Of a DNA stretch of 64,000 nt, positions 12,661 through 25,072 are shown in pieces (within the stretch, counting starts at the first letter, position 1; each line of letters starts with the position of its first letter). The stretch is from Podarcis cretensis (taxonomy: Eukaryota): contig OX638155.1 in the NCBI GenBank assembly GCA_951804945.1, forward strand, positions 71,176,001 through 71,240,000, in the 5' to 3' direction. The notes beneath the pieces are model-generated. The model was not told the origin of the DNA and did not search any database. It saw nothing but the letters and a program-made list of their open reading frames with translations. A program made the position numbers and the translations under genes.

Positions 12661-14173
12661 ATACTTAAAGGTATTAATTTACTCAAAACACAAAGCCTTT
12701 CTATCTGCTGCAATACATTCAAAAACATTTTGCATGTTACAGATATAAGAGGCTTCTGTAATGAAGATTGTGAACTTTTTTGTGTGTATTAACAGCGTTG
12801 TTAGACCTACACAGCATGTGAATTGATTGCATTGCTAAGATGTAGCACCCTGCTTGTGGTTAACGCTTAGCTGGAATGAAATATTCAACGCAGCAATAGA
12901 GAAATTAAAATAAGAATTTATTTGTCAGACAAATAAATATGAGGCACAGTGGTATATGGTTACCAAGCTCTGGCCTGGCCTCCTGCCATTCTGGCCAGAA
13001 CTTATATTTCCTTAATCCAGCCCCCTTGCTCCTCCTGTGGCTGCCTCTGTCCAATCAGCCTGGTTGAAATTCCTATTGGCTGTTTGCTAGAACCAATCAC
13101 AAAAGATACACCCATTTCCTCTTGTCCTTTTATGGGAAACAAAAAGCTATATATTCTTCTATCTATAAATGACAAATAAGTAGTAATATATCTTACATGT
13201 GTCTCAACAAGGAACCTTAATTACCAGCTCACCTCGCCCTATTGCCCTCCAAAACAGATGGTTAATCTTAAATTTTTATCTTAAACAGATGTCAAGGATC
13301 ATCATTGAAAGATCTCCTTCCTTTGGAGGTCTCTAAACAAAAGCTTGACAAATGCTCTAATGATGTTTCCTGCTTGGCAAGGGGGGCTGGTGGCTGATGG
13401 CCCCTGTGATCTCTTCCAACTATATGAAATAAGAATCTAGCATAAGGATTTAACATTTCTTAGCTTCTAATTCCTTTGCATAATTACATTTAAGCCAATA
13501 TATTTAATACATAACATAAATAACCTTTTAAAAGGAAAAGAAATCTTAAAAGGATCTCAGTTTAAGAAAGAAACAACTTTAGAAAAAGACTTCCCAAAAT
13601 ATTCTCTTCCTTTCTGCCAGCTAGATGCTTTTCCATTGCTCTTGACCTTTCAACCTTAGGAAAATATGGCTCAAGTTTAATGGGAGGCACATGGTTTTAT
13701 TTTACTATTTACCCACTCTTAATTATGTTTTTCTCTTTTTTTTTATCTTCTGTAATATGTAGGGTCAGTGTAACCTTGGCTGTCAGCCTGTAATTCCCTT
13801 TGACTTTGAGAATTGTTTTCTGCTATAAATCAGGGGGCCCCCTTGTCTAGGAGGAAAAACATTGCCAAGGTTCTTAGGCAGCTGGTCTTCTGCCTGGCAT
13901 GAACATTTGAAGATCTTTAAGCTCATTTTAAGATACAGGCCCTGATCAAAATATAAGCTTGATAAAAATGCAGGCTTATGATTAGATGCCTCAAAGAGAC
14001 TCTTGAAAATGCTGAAAGCAACCTTTGAACTGGCACAGAATACATCCTTAGGAGTAAATTGTTGCAAAGAAAAAATAGATTTTGCTCATGCAAGCTGATA
14101 ATGACCCAATTAAGCAAAGCTCTTGGAGGGATTGGGGTATGATAGACAAATCTCCCCCAGCGGAAGTGAAATA

Positions 14174-14312
14174 CCGTATTTTCCCATGTATAACACAACT
14201 CCTATTTTTGGGGACTCAAATTTATGAAGATGGGGGAAGATGACCCCTGTGTATAAGATGACTCCCGTTTTTTAACATTATTTTAGAGTAAAATACCCAC
14301 AGAAAAGTACGG
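14174..14312. mobile_element. Tc1/mariner (pogo/Tc2-like) MITE
   Basis: TA-CCGTATTTTC ... GAAAAGTACGG-TA termini with TA TSD. Confidence 0.65.
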
Positions 14313-17300
14313 TAATTCAAACAAGATGTAGAGTACAACCCCACCCCACCTCCAATACAAACCACACCTGGGGGGGGGGTTGGAAATGTGCAAAGACTAT
14401 AAAAGTATCTTTCATTTCCCATTACATTTGGGCACCACAGACACTTAAGAGGTTTTCACTGCTTAAGCATCTCTCCTATTGGTTGAAATATGTTGATGGT
14501 TGTTAAACATGTTTCCTGCATTATTGTGCTTTTTCAGGCAGGTGACCTGACATTTCTTTGTTGCCAGCACAATGGTTCAGGAAGCATGCTTTTCTACCAT
14601 CCATGTTGCTCAGCTTAAAATGTGTTGCAAAAAATGTCTATAAAAACTAAATCTGAAATACCACGTAGTAGTCTCTTTGCTATAACTTTATTTTTTGAGA
14701 GTCTACATTGGGCCTCAGGATTTGGGGATGTGCACTTCAAGGGACATGACTTTAAAATTGCCTATGGTCTTGGACCAGTTAATTCTTTTTCTGCTTCTTG
14801 TAGCAATAGCTGTGCTAGGTGGTGTATGATTTTTTTAATTGAAAAAAGATTGAACTTCTGGATTCTAGCCTTCCAGTAACTTATCTGCTAATCCTCTCTG
14901 CTTCTTTTGAATGCCTCCTCCTATTGTCACTTTCGGACTGTCCCACTCACTCTCCAGGTGAGCTGCCAAGATCTAAGAACATCGAATGTTCTTCACAGAC
15001 ATGGACCACCAGAATGAGGCTTGCAGACCACTGGTGGTTTATGGTCCACAGTTTGGGAACCCCTGGGTTGGACAACAAAAATTTGCTGGGGCAACTCCCA
15101 TTGAAGACTGAGAAGTCTCATTAAAGCAGAGATCATCCTGCTGGCAGATACTTCCATCTGTTCCTATGTCTTGTAAGTGATTAAATAGACATATGGGTTT
15201 TATATATATATTGAAGTCTTCTCACTTAGAAGGAAGCAGGTTTGCTCCGGTGCTTCCTTTCCATTTTTTAACAAATCCCAATCTCTTCCACACCACATGC
15301 CTCTCAACAAACAACACCTATCACTTTCACAGAGGTTACTGTTTAGAATTTTTGCCTGTTGCTAAGCAACACTTTCTTCCACACAGACCGGTTTCCATGT
15401 GCTAATAGATGTGAATGCTCTCTTATCAAATAATGAAGTCTCCTCAGAGTCTGCAGTGCCCAACCTGGCTATACTGTTCTGAACTGAAGTAGCAGGCTTA
15501 TTTTTTTTTATCAGCTGCAGGCAGTTTCTGCTTTTTGATACTTATTTTAAAAATTTATATGCCCACCTTCTTGCTAGTACCTCAAAGCCACTACTAACAG
15601 CAACGGTAAAACACACAAAATAGTAGAATAATAAAAAACCAAAAGCAGCAAATAAAATCAGCTGACACACCTTATTCCCAGTTTAAAGGTGGGGGGGGGG
15701 AAGCTAGATAATGTATGTGCCATTAATATGCCACCTTTCAAATTACAACAGTTCTATGGACCTCACTGCAATGGATGAATCATTCATTTTGGCCTGTGTA
15801 AAATGTGACTGATGTAACTTGGGACTGATGTAACCTGTGGCCCTTTAGATGATTATGCTACACATTACCAAGAAAAAATATATTAATTGCCTTCTAAACC
15901 ATCAACTCAGAAGTGATTTACACATTAGGTAATTAAAGAGTTAAATACATAAAAACAACAAATGCATTTAAAACAAGACTAAAACCCTAACAAGTGGGTA
16001 ATCGTGGTAGTGACCCATTTATCCAACTGGGAAAGCCCATCAGAGCAAAAATGTCTTCAACTTTCCAGAAAGTGGAGATAGCAGGCACCTATGGTATCTC
16101 AACAGAAATGCTGTTCCCCAGAACAGGAGGCAGCCATACTAAAAGCCCTGCTCTGCATTTCTGCAGAGCAGGCTTCTGAGATCTATGAAACCTGCAGGAG
16201 AAACTCCTACAGAACGCAGCAGTCTGCTGGGTGTGCAAGGGGTAAGGCGCCCAATCAGCTCAGTTCAGCCCAATATTGCTGAACTACAACCCCCATTATC
16301 TTCTTGGCTATTCTAGCTGAAGATGAGAGGAACTGGAGTCAAACAACATATGGAGGGCCACAGGTTCCTCACCTTGGATGTATAATACAGGATTGCCACG
16401 GGGGATGATATGGTTTAATTAAAGTGGTGATAAAAAAAATCCCATCTATTCAAATATTGCTACATGCTGCCATGGATAATTAAGCATTTTCCCTTTCTTC
16501 TAGTTACACTGGTTCTCTTCCTCTGAAAATTTCCAGTTAACACCCAAACAGATGCATAAAGCTGTTTCACTTAATTACTTTTCCGTACTGGAAAGGATGA
16601 TAAAGGTACTTGTCAAGTATGCAGGATGTAGGAGAATAACGTTTGCTCTCCATAAGATAGTATACCACACTCACCACAGTAAAATCTCTGCATGCGTTCA
16701 GGTGAGAGAGTTTCCAGTTAATGTGCTTTACATTAGTTATGCTATACAAACTCAAGGCAGAAGGAAGCTCAGTTAAATTATTCTGCCCTCACAGCTTATA
16801 AAGCATTTTTGGGTTGGAGTCAAGCTTTTCTATTCACAAAGCATTCCCTGAACTGCAGAGCAAGGTTCAATTGTCCCTCTGTATCAGAGAAAACCTGCCT
16901 GCATTGGCATTGTTCCTGAAATTTTCCTGCCTCACCTAAAAATAAATTATATCACTGGCTTTACAAAGCTCTTCCTGCTTGTATCCCACACTTTGCTCAG
17001 CCTTTTAAATGCCTGCCTGGTACTTTGCCAAGCGCTGGCATATTCCTCCTCAAGAAAACTTACATTTAAACAACCTCTCAAAGCAGTTTGCAAAAAAAAA
17101 ACCACACCACCCCCACACCAATAAAACAATAAAAAATATCAGTAAAAAATGTTAAACAGCTATGTGAAACACTACTTTTTTCTTAAATGAACAATAAGCT
17201 AAAAAATAAGGTTGAAACACATGTCAACATTCTATACATCTGGGAAGGCTTCTCTAAATCAAATAGGTTTTAGCCCGCATTGAAAAGGGTGCAGTGAAGG

Positions 17301-17538
17301 TGGCTGCCTAGTGTCAAAAGGCAGGGAGTTCCAAAGGGTAGGTGCTGCCACACTGAAAGACTGATTTCTTACAAATGCAGAACGAGTATTATGTGGCAAC
17401 AGATCAAAGCAGAAAAATGGCCATATATGGGGTAAGGTAATCTCACAAATAAACTCTCTTTTGAACTATGACCTCTCCCTAAAGAGCAATAAAGGACTGT
17501 TCCTGATGCTTCCTCAGCTACTCTGGTAAAGCCTCAAA

Positions 17539-17907
17539 GTTGTTGTTTAGTCATTTGGCGTGTCTGACTCTTCGTGACCCCGTGGACCAGAACACGCCAG
17601 GCACTCCCATCTTCCACTGCCTCCCGCAGATTGGTCAAACTCATGTTGGTAGCATCGAGAACACTATCCAACCTTCTTGTCCTCTGTCGTCCCCTTCTCC
17701 TTGTGCCCTCCATCTTTCCCAACATCAGGGTCTTTTTCAGGGAGTCTTCTCTTCTCATGAGGTGGCCAAAGTATTGGAGCCTCAGCTTCACGATCTGTCC
17801 TTCCAGTGATCACTCAGGGCTGATTTCCTTAAGAATGGATGCATTTGATCTTCTTGCAGTCCATGGGACTCTCAAGAGTCTCCTCCAGCACCATAATTTA
17901 AAAGCAT
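17539..17907 (-). mobile_element. BovB (RTE clade) LINE, 5'-truncated 3' end
   Basis: Minus-strand peptide KLRLQYFGHLMRREDSLKKTLMLGKMEGTRRRGRQRTR...VHGVTKSQTR is the BovB C-terminus; (CAA)n tail. Confidence 0.92.
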
Positions 17908-18823
17908 ACGATTTGGAGGCTTTCCTCTCTTTTTGCTACCTGTGTTTACTGCTGCACCCTTTTCTTCTTCATCCCCTAGTTCCTCCTCTCTTGGCCAGGA
18001 CTGCAAGATTCAAACCCACATTCCAGATGAATGGCTTGCGTTGCCTCTCGGTGAGGTTAAAAAGTCCACCCCATTTCTTCCACCCCTTGACATGCTGACA
18101 GTATTTTATTACAGGAAATAAAATTATAATCATTATCCCACACTGAATTAAGGAGTAATGCTATATCATGTTATGGGGAGAAGGAAAGAACGGATTACTG
18201 TGTCATGTTTTGATACGGATGCAAAAACCTACTCAGTGACGCTCTGATGAGTCAGTTCAGTGGGTGGGAGATGATTTTATGTAATAACAGTATCGTTCAT
18301 TTTCTCTGCTCGCACTGTTACCCGGCAGCACACTTCCACTGCTCAGCAACCAGTGAGTCAGGGATGTGTACACAACCGAAATGGGTTATATCTCAAAACG
18401 TTGACATATGTAATCCAAATCTGCAGCTGGAGTAACCTTTGTATCTGAGGGTTTGGAACTTCTTTCTGAACAGCTGATCACACGAGAGAGATTTTCAAAA
18501 GGCAAACGAGAATATGTTTGTTCATGGTTCTCTTCCCATTTTTTTCTAAGAAGATCAAAACGCAAAAACAACATCAAGTGAGATTTTCAGCAGAACATTG
18601 CCTCATGGAGTTTGGTTCAGGATTCCGGACACCCCATTCTATTCCACCCCTTCACCATCAATTCCCCAGTCCTTCATTCCTGCCCCACCCTCTCCTAGCA
18701 ATCAGTCAGCATTCCATAGTCACTGGACATGCTCAGTCCTGGGCTGTTCTCTGACGCCCTACTGTCCTCCTCAGTTCCCCCCACCCCCTGCAGTCCTGCA
18801 AACCTTGCAGTTCCTCTCTAAGC

Positions 18824-19148
18824 CATGGGTAGGCAAGCTAAGGCCTGGGGGCCGGATCTGGCCCAATTGCCTTTTAAATCCAGTCCGCGGACGGTCCAGG
18901 AATCAGTGTGTTTTTACATTAGTAGAATGTGTCCTTTTATTTAAAATGCATCTCTAGGTTATTTGTGGGGCCTGCCTGGTGTTTTTACATGAGTAGAATG
19001 TGTGCTTTTATTTAAAATACATCTCTGGATTATTTGTGGGGCGTAGGAATTTGTTATTTTCTTTTCTTTTCCAAAACATAGTCTGGCCCCCCACAAGGTC
19101 TGAGGGACAGTGGACCGGCCCCCAGCTGAAAAAGTTTGCTGACCCCTG
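18824..19148. mobile_element. Non-autonomous hAT (Charlie-like) element
   Basis: Termini CATGGGTAGGCAA / TTTGCTGACCCCTG; 8-bp TSD CTCTAAGC / CTCTAAGT; internal duplicated segment. Confidence 0.75.
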
Positions 19149-20054
19149 CTCTAAGTCTTCTGATACCCTCTCTCTCTCCCCCCCCCCCACTCTCTCTCTC
19201 TGTTTGTGTGTGTAGCACCATTCTAGCTACATTGCCACTAAACTAAACATCAGCATTTGGGTCTCTGAGACAAAACCTTGTACTGTGCTGCAGAATGCTT
19301 CTTTTCAGAATTCTAGACATTTTGTTCCTCTTCCTCTCCACTTCTCTGTTTTCCCCTCACAACAGCCAGTCAGCACCTTGTGCTCACTAAACATACTCAA
19401 TCATCACAGAATCAGATAATTGTTGGAAGGAACCCCAAAAATCATCTAGTCCAACCCCCTGCACTGCAGGAATCACTAAAAAATCACTGGTGGAGAACCA
19501 TCCATCCTCTGTTTAAAAATCTCCAATAAAGGAGAGTCCATCAGCTTCTGAAACAGCCCATTCCACTCACAAGCTGCTCTCATTTGCTTGCTTGGGGAAG
19601 GGTTGGCTGGCGATGAAGTCAGAGCATTCCTGCCCAGTCCCAACTACATTAAAATATTTTTATATCTTCAATTGTGGCTAAGGGCACCTCTCACTGCGCA
19701 CGTTTAGAAATAGCTCAGTGTGAGCTAGGGAATGACCTATCCAGCAAATGAGGCTGTGTATACATTAGTGGCTTAAAACACAGAAGGTCATTTTTACCCA
19801 CGTTTTTATATTTTATATTGTATACACCAGAGAAGGGGGCAGAGATTTCTCCACTCAGTGCACACTACCTGGCTTGATTTCCTGCACCAAATTCCTATTC
19901 AGTGAAGCTGTCATCAGCCCATCTTCCTTTTATGTGTTTTCAGACAGATCATAAGGAAGGGTAAACAATTTTCATCTTCTTTCATTCTCCAACTTCTTCT
20001 CTCTGCCTTTCTAACCTTTACAGCTTCTATTAGTTTGACCCCCCCTCCCCAGAA

Positions 20055-20542
20055 ACTACTACTACTACTACTACTACTACTAATAATAATAATAATAATA
20101 ATTTATTTATATCCCGCCCTCCCCAGCCAAAGCCAGGCTCAGAGTGGCTAACAATAGTAAAAATAGCACAGTTTATGTAAAATCAGTGTCAATTAATTGA
20201 AATACATTCTAAAATCAGTTCAAAATCAAATTAATGGCAACCATTGGGCTAGAGTTCTGTGAAGATTACCAAAGGGTCAGACTGTGCCTTGGCCAAAGGC
20301 CTGGTGGAACAGCTTTGTCTTGCAGGTCCTGCGAAAAGATGTCAAGTCCCACAGGGCCTAGTCTCTTGTGACAGAGCATTCCACCAGATCGGGGCCACGG
20401 CCAAAAAAGCCCTGGCTCTGGTTGAGGCCAGCCTAACCTCCCTGTGGCCCAGGATCTCCAAGACATTTTTATTTGAAGACCATAAGGTCCTCCGTGTGGC
20501 ATACTAGGAGAGGCGGTCCCGTAGGTACAAGGGTCCTAGGCT
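20055..20542 (-). mobile_element. L2-type LINE 3' fragment with (TAT)n(AGT)n microsatellite tail
   Basis: Compound (ACT)n(AAT)n run followed by L2-like 3' end (TTTATATCCCGCCC...) and reverse-strand ORF remnant. Confidence 0.65.
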
Positions 20543-21567
20543 AGCTTCCCAGAACACGGCTACTCTTGACTCACTGCTACCTCCTTACCATTTCTTCATT
20601 TATTTTATCCTCCCTCTCCCTTCTAGGGCAAGCCTTCAATAATCTACCTTGTAACTCTCAATAAAGCTTATTTTTTTCCTGGAAAATTTTCCAGTGTAAT
20701 CTCTGTTATTCCCTCCTGGTTACTTTGTGATGGGATTCTGTACCCAAACATAGTTCATAAATTTATGCTATGTTCCTGTATAGTTTGAGATATATTAGTT
20801 TCTGGAACAGCTCTACGCAGCAACAGCCTGTCCTCAAGCAAAATACATCCAAGGCTATCAGAGGGAAAATATTCTGCTGGTACTAGTAACTTGTATTCTA
20901 AAAGGGTTTAGTCCAAGAACATTGAAAAGAACTTTCAGACGTGTGCCCTGACCAAGCATGGTAATACACTGAAATCATTTTTTTACGTTTTAACTGATTG
21001 CTACACGATTAAGTAAGCCCCATCAGTTAATTGTTCAGGCTCTCAGTCTTATCCAGCAAGCTTGCCCTTCCCTCTCCAAATACATCAGGGCGCTGCAGTT
21101 TCACAGGCATACCTCAGCCTCCTTCTCTGCTGATTAAGTGTAGATATTATTTGGAGAGGTGCTTTAAATTGCTTGCAAAGGCCTCCACTAATTAACCAAT
21201 TAAAGACTGAATCCCTAATAAACAGGCACCAGAGCACCAATTGTTACGCACATATTATACAATGCAAATGAATTTTAGTGAACTGAAGGGCTCTCATGTA
21301 AAGGCCATTCTTCTTGAACCAGTTATCTAGGTCTTCTATTTTAGAGCTGTATTCCTCATATTTAAAGACTGTGCTTACACAATCAAGATACTGGACACCT
21401 ATAGTGGACCTACACTGGGGGGGGGGGGTCCCTGAAGTTTGAACTGTTATATGAACTGTTCACAACCAGCAACGAGGTCTGGGAAACCACTGTTATCTTC
21501 TTCAACTGGGCTGTTCCACAACAGATCACCACAAATTGTGTTTTTGGGTATCTGCTTAAGTACTTTT

Positions 21568-22060
21568 TGTCATAATTCAGGGCCGGTCAGAGGTATGTGC
21601 CTATCTCTCCAGGCACCGGCTGAATTCCTTTGACCTCCCTCCGGCGACTCCCGAAGGAAAAACACACGAGGTCCGTTCCGGCGATTTTCCTCAGGCTGTG
21701 AGAAAAACACACCAAACTGCTTCTCCTCCTCCCTGCTCTCCAGCATATCCCCAGGGAGGGGAATCAGACACAGACAGAAATGTATCTACATGTTTTATTC
21801 CTGTCTTCAGCAGTCATATAGAGAAAACATGTCTGCTCTCATCAACAAACAGAGAGAAACTCCAAACTCCACCCATGTACATCCTGTACAGGTCATATGA
21901 CACACACACTGAGCTAACATCCGGTGCTCAGTACAGAATGGACTGCCCCTTTGTTTCCATGGCAACAGTCACACACATCCTGTTTGGCTTTGCAGCCACA
22001 AGCAGCAGACTTGGCTGCTATAGCCTTTGCTTGCTGCTGCATTGCTGCTTTAGAATAACA
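21568..22060 (-). repeat. 3' LTR of the copia element
   Basis: Direct repeat of 25105-25597; one mismatch seen (21693 A vs 25230 C); minus-strand AATAAA at 21794-21799. Confidence 0.95.
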
Positions 22061-24613
22061 TACTCCCCCTAAAGTATCAATGCGTGCTGCGAGCAAAGCG
22101 TCATCCAGAGAAGAAAACAAACAGTTGTTATATGTATAACACTCCCCTGTTGTTTCAGTTCCACCCTTGGAACTACCCGCCACTGGTTTTACCAATGTAC
22201 CTCTCTGGTTGTGTGACTTCCAAGGAATGAGTGCTTCTGCATTACCTTGGTTAGCAACTCTCTGTTGTGCCTTTGTCTCTGACTCAGACACAGCTTCAAT
22301 TTGACCTTGGTCATTTACAACAGCAACACATGCAATAGCTTGGTTGGCAAACTCTTTTGAATACCTCGTGGGTGGTACACCCTTCGTTGCTCTCTCAGAC
22401 CTACGTAAGAGGTGCTGCTCTCCCTTGCTTTCTGGTTCAGCCTCTGAACTCTCTGGAGAACCAGTACTAAGCTTAATCAGTGGTTCATCCTCCTCTTCTG
22501 AGGGTCTAGTCATTGTGTGAGATGTCCTCTCAATGACTGTGACAACTGAGCTGTCTGAGCTATCGCTGTCATCATCAGTACTACTGAACTCAATAAGATC
22601 AAACTCATCATCATCATCATCAGAATCATCATCATCACCTGTGGGAAATGTGTGAACAATCACTCTCTCCTGTTCAGGAGCACTCTCTAGAAATTTTGTG
22701 AGAATCACCTTACCAGATTCAGACAAAATTACTCTGTAGAGACCCTTTTCATAACCCACAAAAATGCCTCTGGCATTCTTTACTCCACCTGGAGCTTCTG
22801 TCCTCACATGAGACCCAAAAACCTTGAAATGGGCAACAGAAGGTTTTCTGTGGAACAGTTTCTCAAAAGGAGAACTTCCCAACTCTTTTGAAACCTTTCT
22901 TAACCACGTGTAACAATATGACATTAGCGACTCAGCCCAGTACTCATGTGGCAGATGTGAACTAAGCAATTGCGCATGCATTCCCTTTTGCAATTCTTTG
23001 TTCACCCTAACACAAACACATCTGTTCCAAGCTTCTTCGGAAGCTGCAATTTTGTGTCTAATCCCTTTCTTCTTCAGGAACCTCTGGAAATCCTGTAAGA
23101 GAAAAATTGGCTTCTCATCTGTGCAAAGACAATCTATGTCAGCATCATGCATATTTTTAACCTTGTCACAAAACTCTTTAAACCTTTCTAAGGCTTCTTT
23201 CGGTCTCTCCAAAAGATAAATCCAGACAAAACCTGTAAAAGAATCAACACATATTAGGTAATACTTTGCATTGCCTCTAGATGGTGCTAAAGGACCAATC
23301 ACATCAGCATACACCCGCTGAAACGCCTTGTCGACCCTCGAGGTGACCTGCTTGGTGTTCTTCTTGGCTACACCTGCAAAAGAAATCATGTTAGTATCAC
23401 AAGAATTACATTCCATGTAATCACTTTGATCAAAAGTCAACAAATACAGTCCATCTTTCTCTTCGGCAGAAAGATACAACTCTCCATCTTTGTAGATCTC
23501 GCAGTGTTGATCATCATAGGACAGTTTTAGTCCCTTCTTGGCAATCTGCGAAACGCTGAGCAGATTGTACTTCAACTCTGGAACCAAATAAACATTATTT
23601 ATAGTCAAGTTCAGACTTTTAAGATACACAATCCCAATTCCGGTGGCTTCCAGCTCTTGACCGTTGGCTTGTTGTACAACGAAGCTTTGCTTCTTAAACG
23701 ACGAAAACAAATCCCTGCGATGGGTCATGTGAACCGTCGCTCCCGTGTCTAAAATGAAGGAATTCCCCACTTGTGGTGTGGCTTTTAGGGACATCAAAGC
23801 CTTTGCAGGCTTCGCCTGTGACTTGGCATGACTTCTGCCTGACGCCTCAGACTTCGTGGAGCTTCCCTTGGCTCCTTTGTTCTGACGTGGCTTCCTGCAG
23901 TACCGCTGAGGATGCCCAGTCTGTGCACAATTGAAGCATCGGACAACGTTCAAAGCTACAGCATTTTCTCCAGTAGCTACAGCAGTGGGGGTGTCTGAAC
24001 TCCGTTCTTCCCTCCCCCTGTCCTTGACTTCCAGGGCGGCAAGTCTGTCATGTTCGTTCAGGACCACGGCAAAGACTCTGTCCGAAGTCAAGTCTTGCGC
24101 TGGGAGAGACCCCAGCTGACTGGCAACCGTTTTGTAAGTCCGATTCAGGCTGTTGATCACCATGAAGCAAAACACTTCCTCCTGCAGACGGAAATTGCGT
24201 TCCACCATCTGCTGACGCAGAAATTTCATTTCCGTCAGGTGCGCTTGAACATCTCCATCAGGCGCAAGCCTCAGGTTAGTCAGCTTTTCAAAATACAGCA
24301 ACGCTGAAGAACCTGCATCTCTCTGATGTGTCCTTCTCAGTGTGTCCCAAACATCTTTCGCGTGCTCTAAATCTTGTATATGAACAAGCTGAGAGTCTGA
24401 CACGCACAGAATTATAGCAGTTCTGGCCTTCACATCCTGTGACTCCCAAGCACGCGTTGGTGCTGCAGGGATGGGGTTCTCAATCACCCCAAACAGTCTC
24501 TGATTCTGCAGCAAGGCCTTCATCTTAATAGACCAAGATGCATAATTGTCACTGGTCAAGAGGGGTGGAGAAGGCAGACTTCCCTTCTTGACATCCATTT
24601 TGAGTCCTTGCAT
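21914..24613 (-). CDS. Copia Gag-protease-degenerate integrase polyprotein, 899 aa
   Basis: Gag N-term LTSDNYASWSIKMKALL; CCHC knuckle CFNCAQTGHPQRYC (23897-23938); protease FILDTGATVHM; integrase core VYADVIGP...CTD; GIFVGY SH3-like region; LRRSER motif; no YVDD/RT or RNase H motifs. Confidence 0.93.
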   Translation of the reverse strand: MQGLKMDVKKGSLPSPPLLTSDNYASWSIKMKALLQNQRLFGVIENPIPAAPTRAWESQDVKARTAIILCVSDSQLVHIQDLEHAKDVWDTLRRTHQRDAGSSALLYFEKLTNLRLAPDGDVQAHLTEMKFLRQQMVERNFRLQEEVFCFMVINSLNRTYKTVASQLGSLPAQDLTSDRVFAVVLNEHDRLAALEVKDRGREERSSDTPTAVATGENAVALNVVRCFNCAQTGHPQRYCRKPRQNKGAKGSSTKSEASGRSHAKSQAKPAKALMSLKATPQVGNSFILDTGATVHMTHRRDLFSSFKKQSFVVQQANGQELEATGIGIVYLKSLNLTINNVYLVPELKYNLLSVSQIAKKGLKLSYDDQHCEIYKDGELYLSAEEKDGLYLLTFDQSDYMECNSCDTNMISFAGVAKKNTKQVTSRVDKAFQRVYADVIGPLAPSRGNAKYYLICVDSFTGFVWIYLLERPKEALERFKEFCDKVKNMHDADIDCLCTDEKPIFLLQDFQRFLKKKGIRHKIAASEEAWNRCVCVRVNKELQKGMHAQLLSSHLPHEYWAESLMSYCYTWLRKVSKELGSSPFEKLFHRKPSVAHFKVFGSHVRTEAPGGVKNARGIFVGYEKGLYRVILSESGKVILTKFLESAPEQERVIVHTFPTGDDDDSDDDDDEFDLIEFSSTDDDSDSSDSSVVTVIERTSHTMTRPSEEEDEPLIKLSTGSPESSEAEPESKGEQHLLRRSERATKGVPPTRYSKEFANQAIACVAVVNDQGQIEAVSESETKAQQRVANQGNAEALIPWKSHNQRGTLVKPVAGSSKGGTETTGECYTYNNCLFSSLDDALLAARIDTLGGVCYSKAAMQQQAKAIAAKSAACGCKAKQDVCDCCHGNKGAVHSVLSTGC
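22061..22070 (-). other. Polypurine tract (PPT)
   Basis: Minus strand AGGGGGAGTA directly abuts TG of the 3' LTR. Confidence 0.9.
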
Positions 24614-25072
24614 TGACTCTCAAACACAAGCCTCTAAAATCCAATAGCTGGCTTGTTTACACTCTGTGCACCTGGCAGCTCTAACACTGGCTGCTTGGAA
24701 AGTCCCTTTCCAACAGTTCCTTTGCAAGGGCCTAGACTAAACATGAGCTGTTTGTGCCTCTTTGGGCATAGCCTGACTTCCAGCCCTTATCTGCGTTGCT
24801 AAGCAACCACATTCCTTTCCTTGGACAGGAAAAACCACAGGAATGTTTGGAATGCAGACTCTTCTCTCTCGGAGCTGTTTTTCCCAAACGTTGCTCCCAT
24901 GAAGCAGAGAATGAATCAATCTGCATTCACACTCTTAAGCCCGAAAATCTCATACCTGGGCTCCGTAGCTTGGCTTTCAGCTTCTTCTGGTCAGCTTCTG
25001 GCTGCAGAGAATCAGCCTCCATCTCAGGCTTGCATGGAGAGGGATGAATACAGTCTCCTTGATGCAGACTCC

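Noticed and set aside
17574-18098. 174-aa plus-strand ORF
   Set aside because: Antisense reading of the BovB fragment.
21698-22072. 124-aa plus-strand ORF repeated at 25235-25606
   Set aside because: Duplication simply reflects the two LTRs; starts at GTG, antisense to the element, no motifs.
21914-24613. Possible domesticated gag-derived host gene
   Set aside because: Near-identical LTRs, TSD, PBS and PPT indicate a recent mobile insertion, not domestication.
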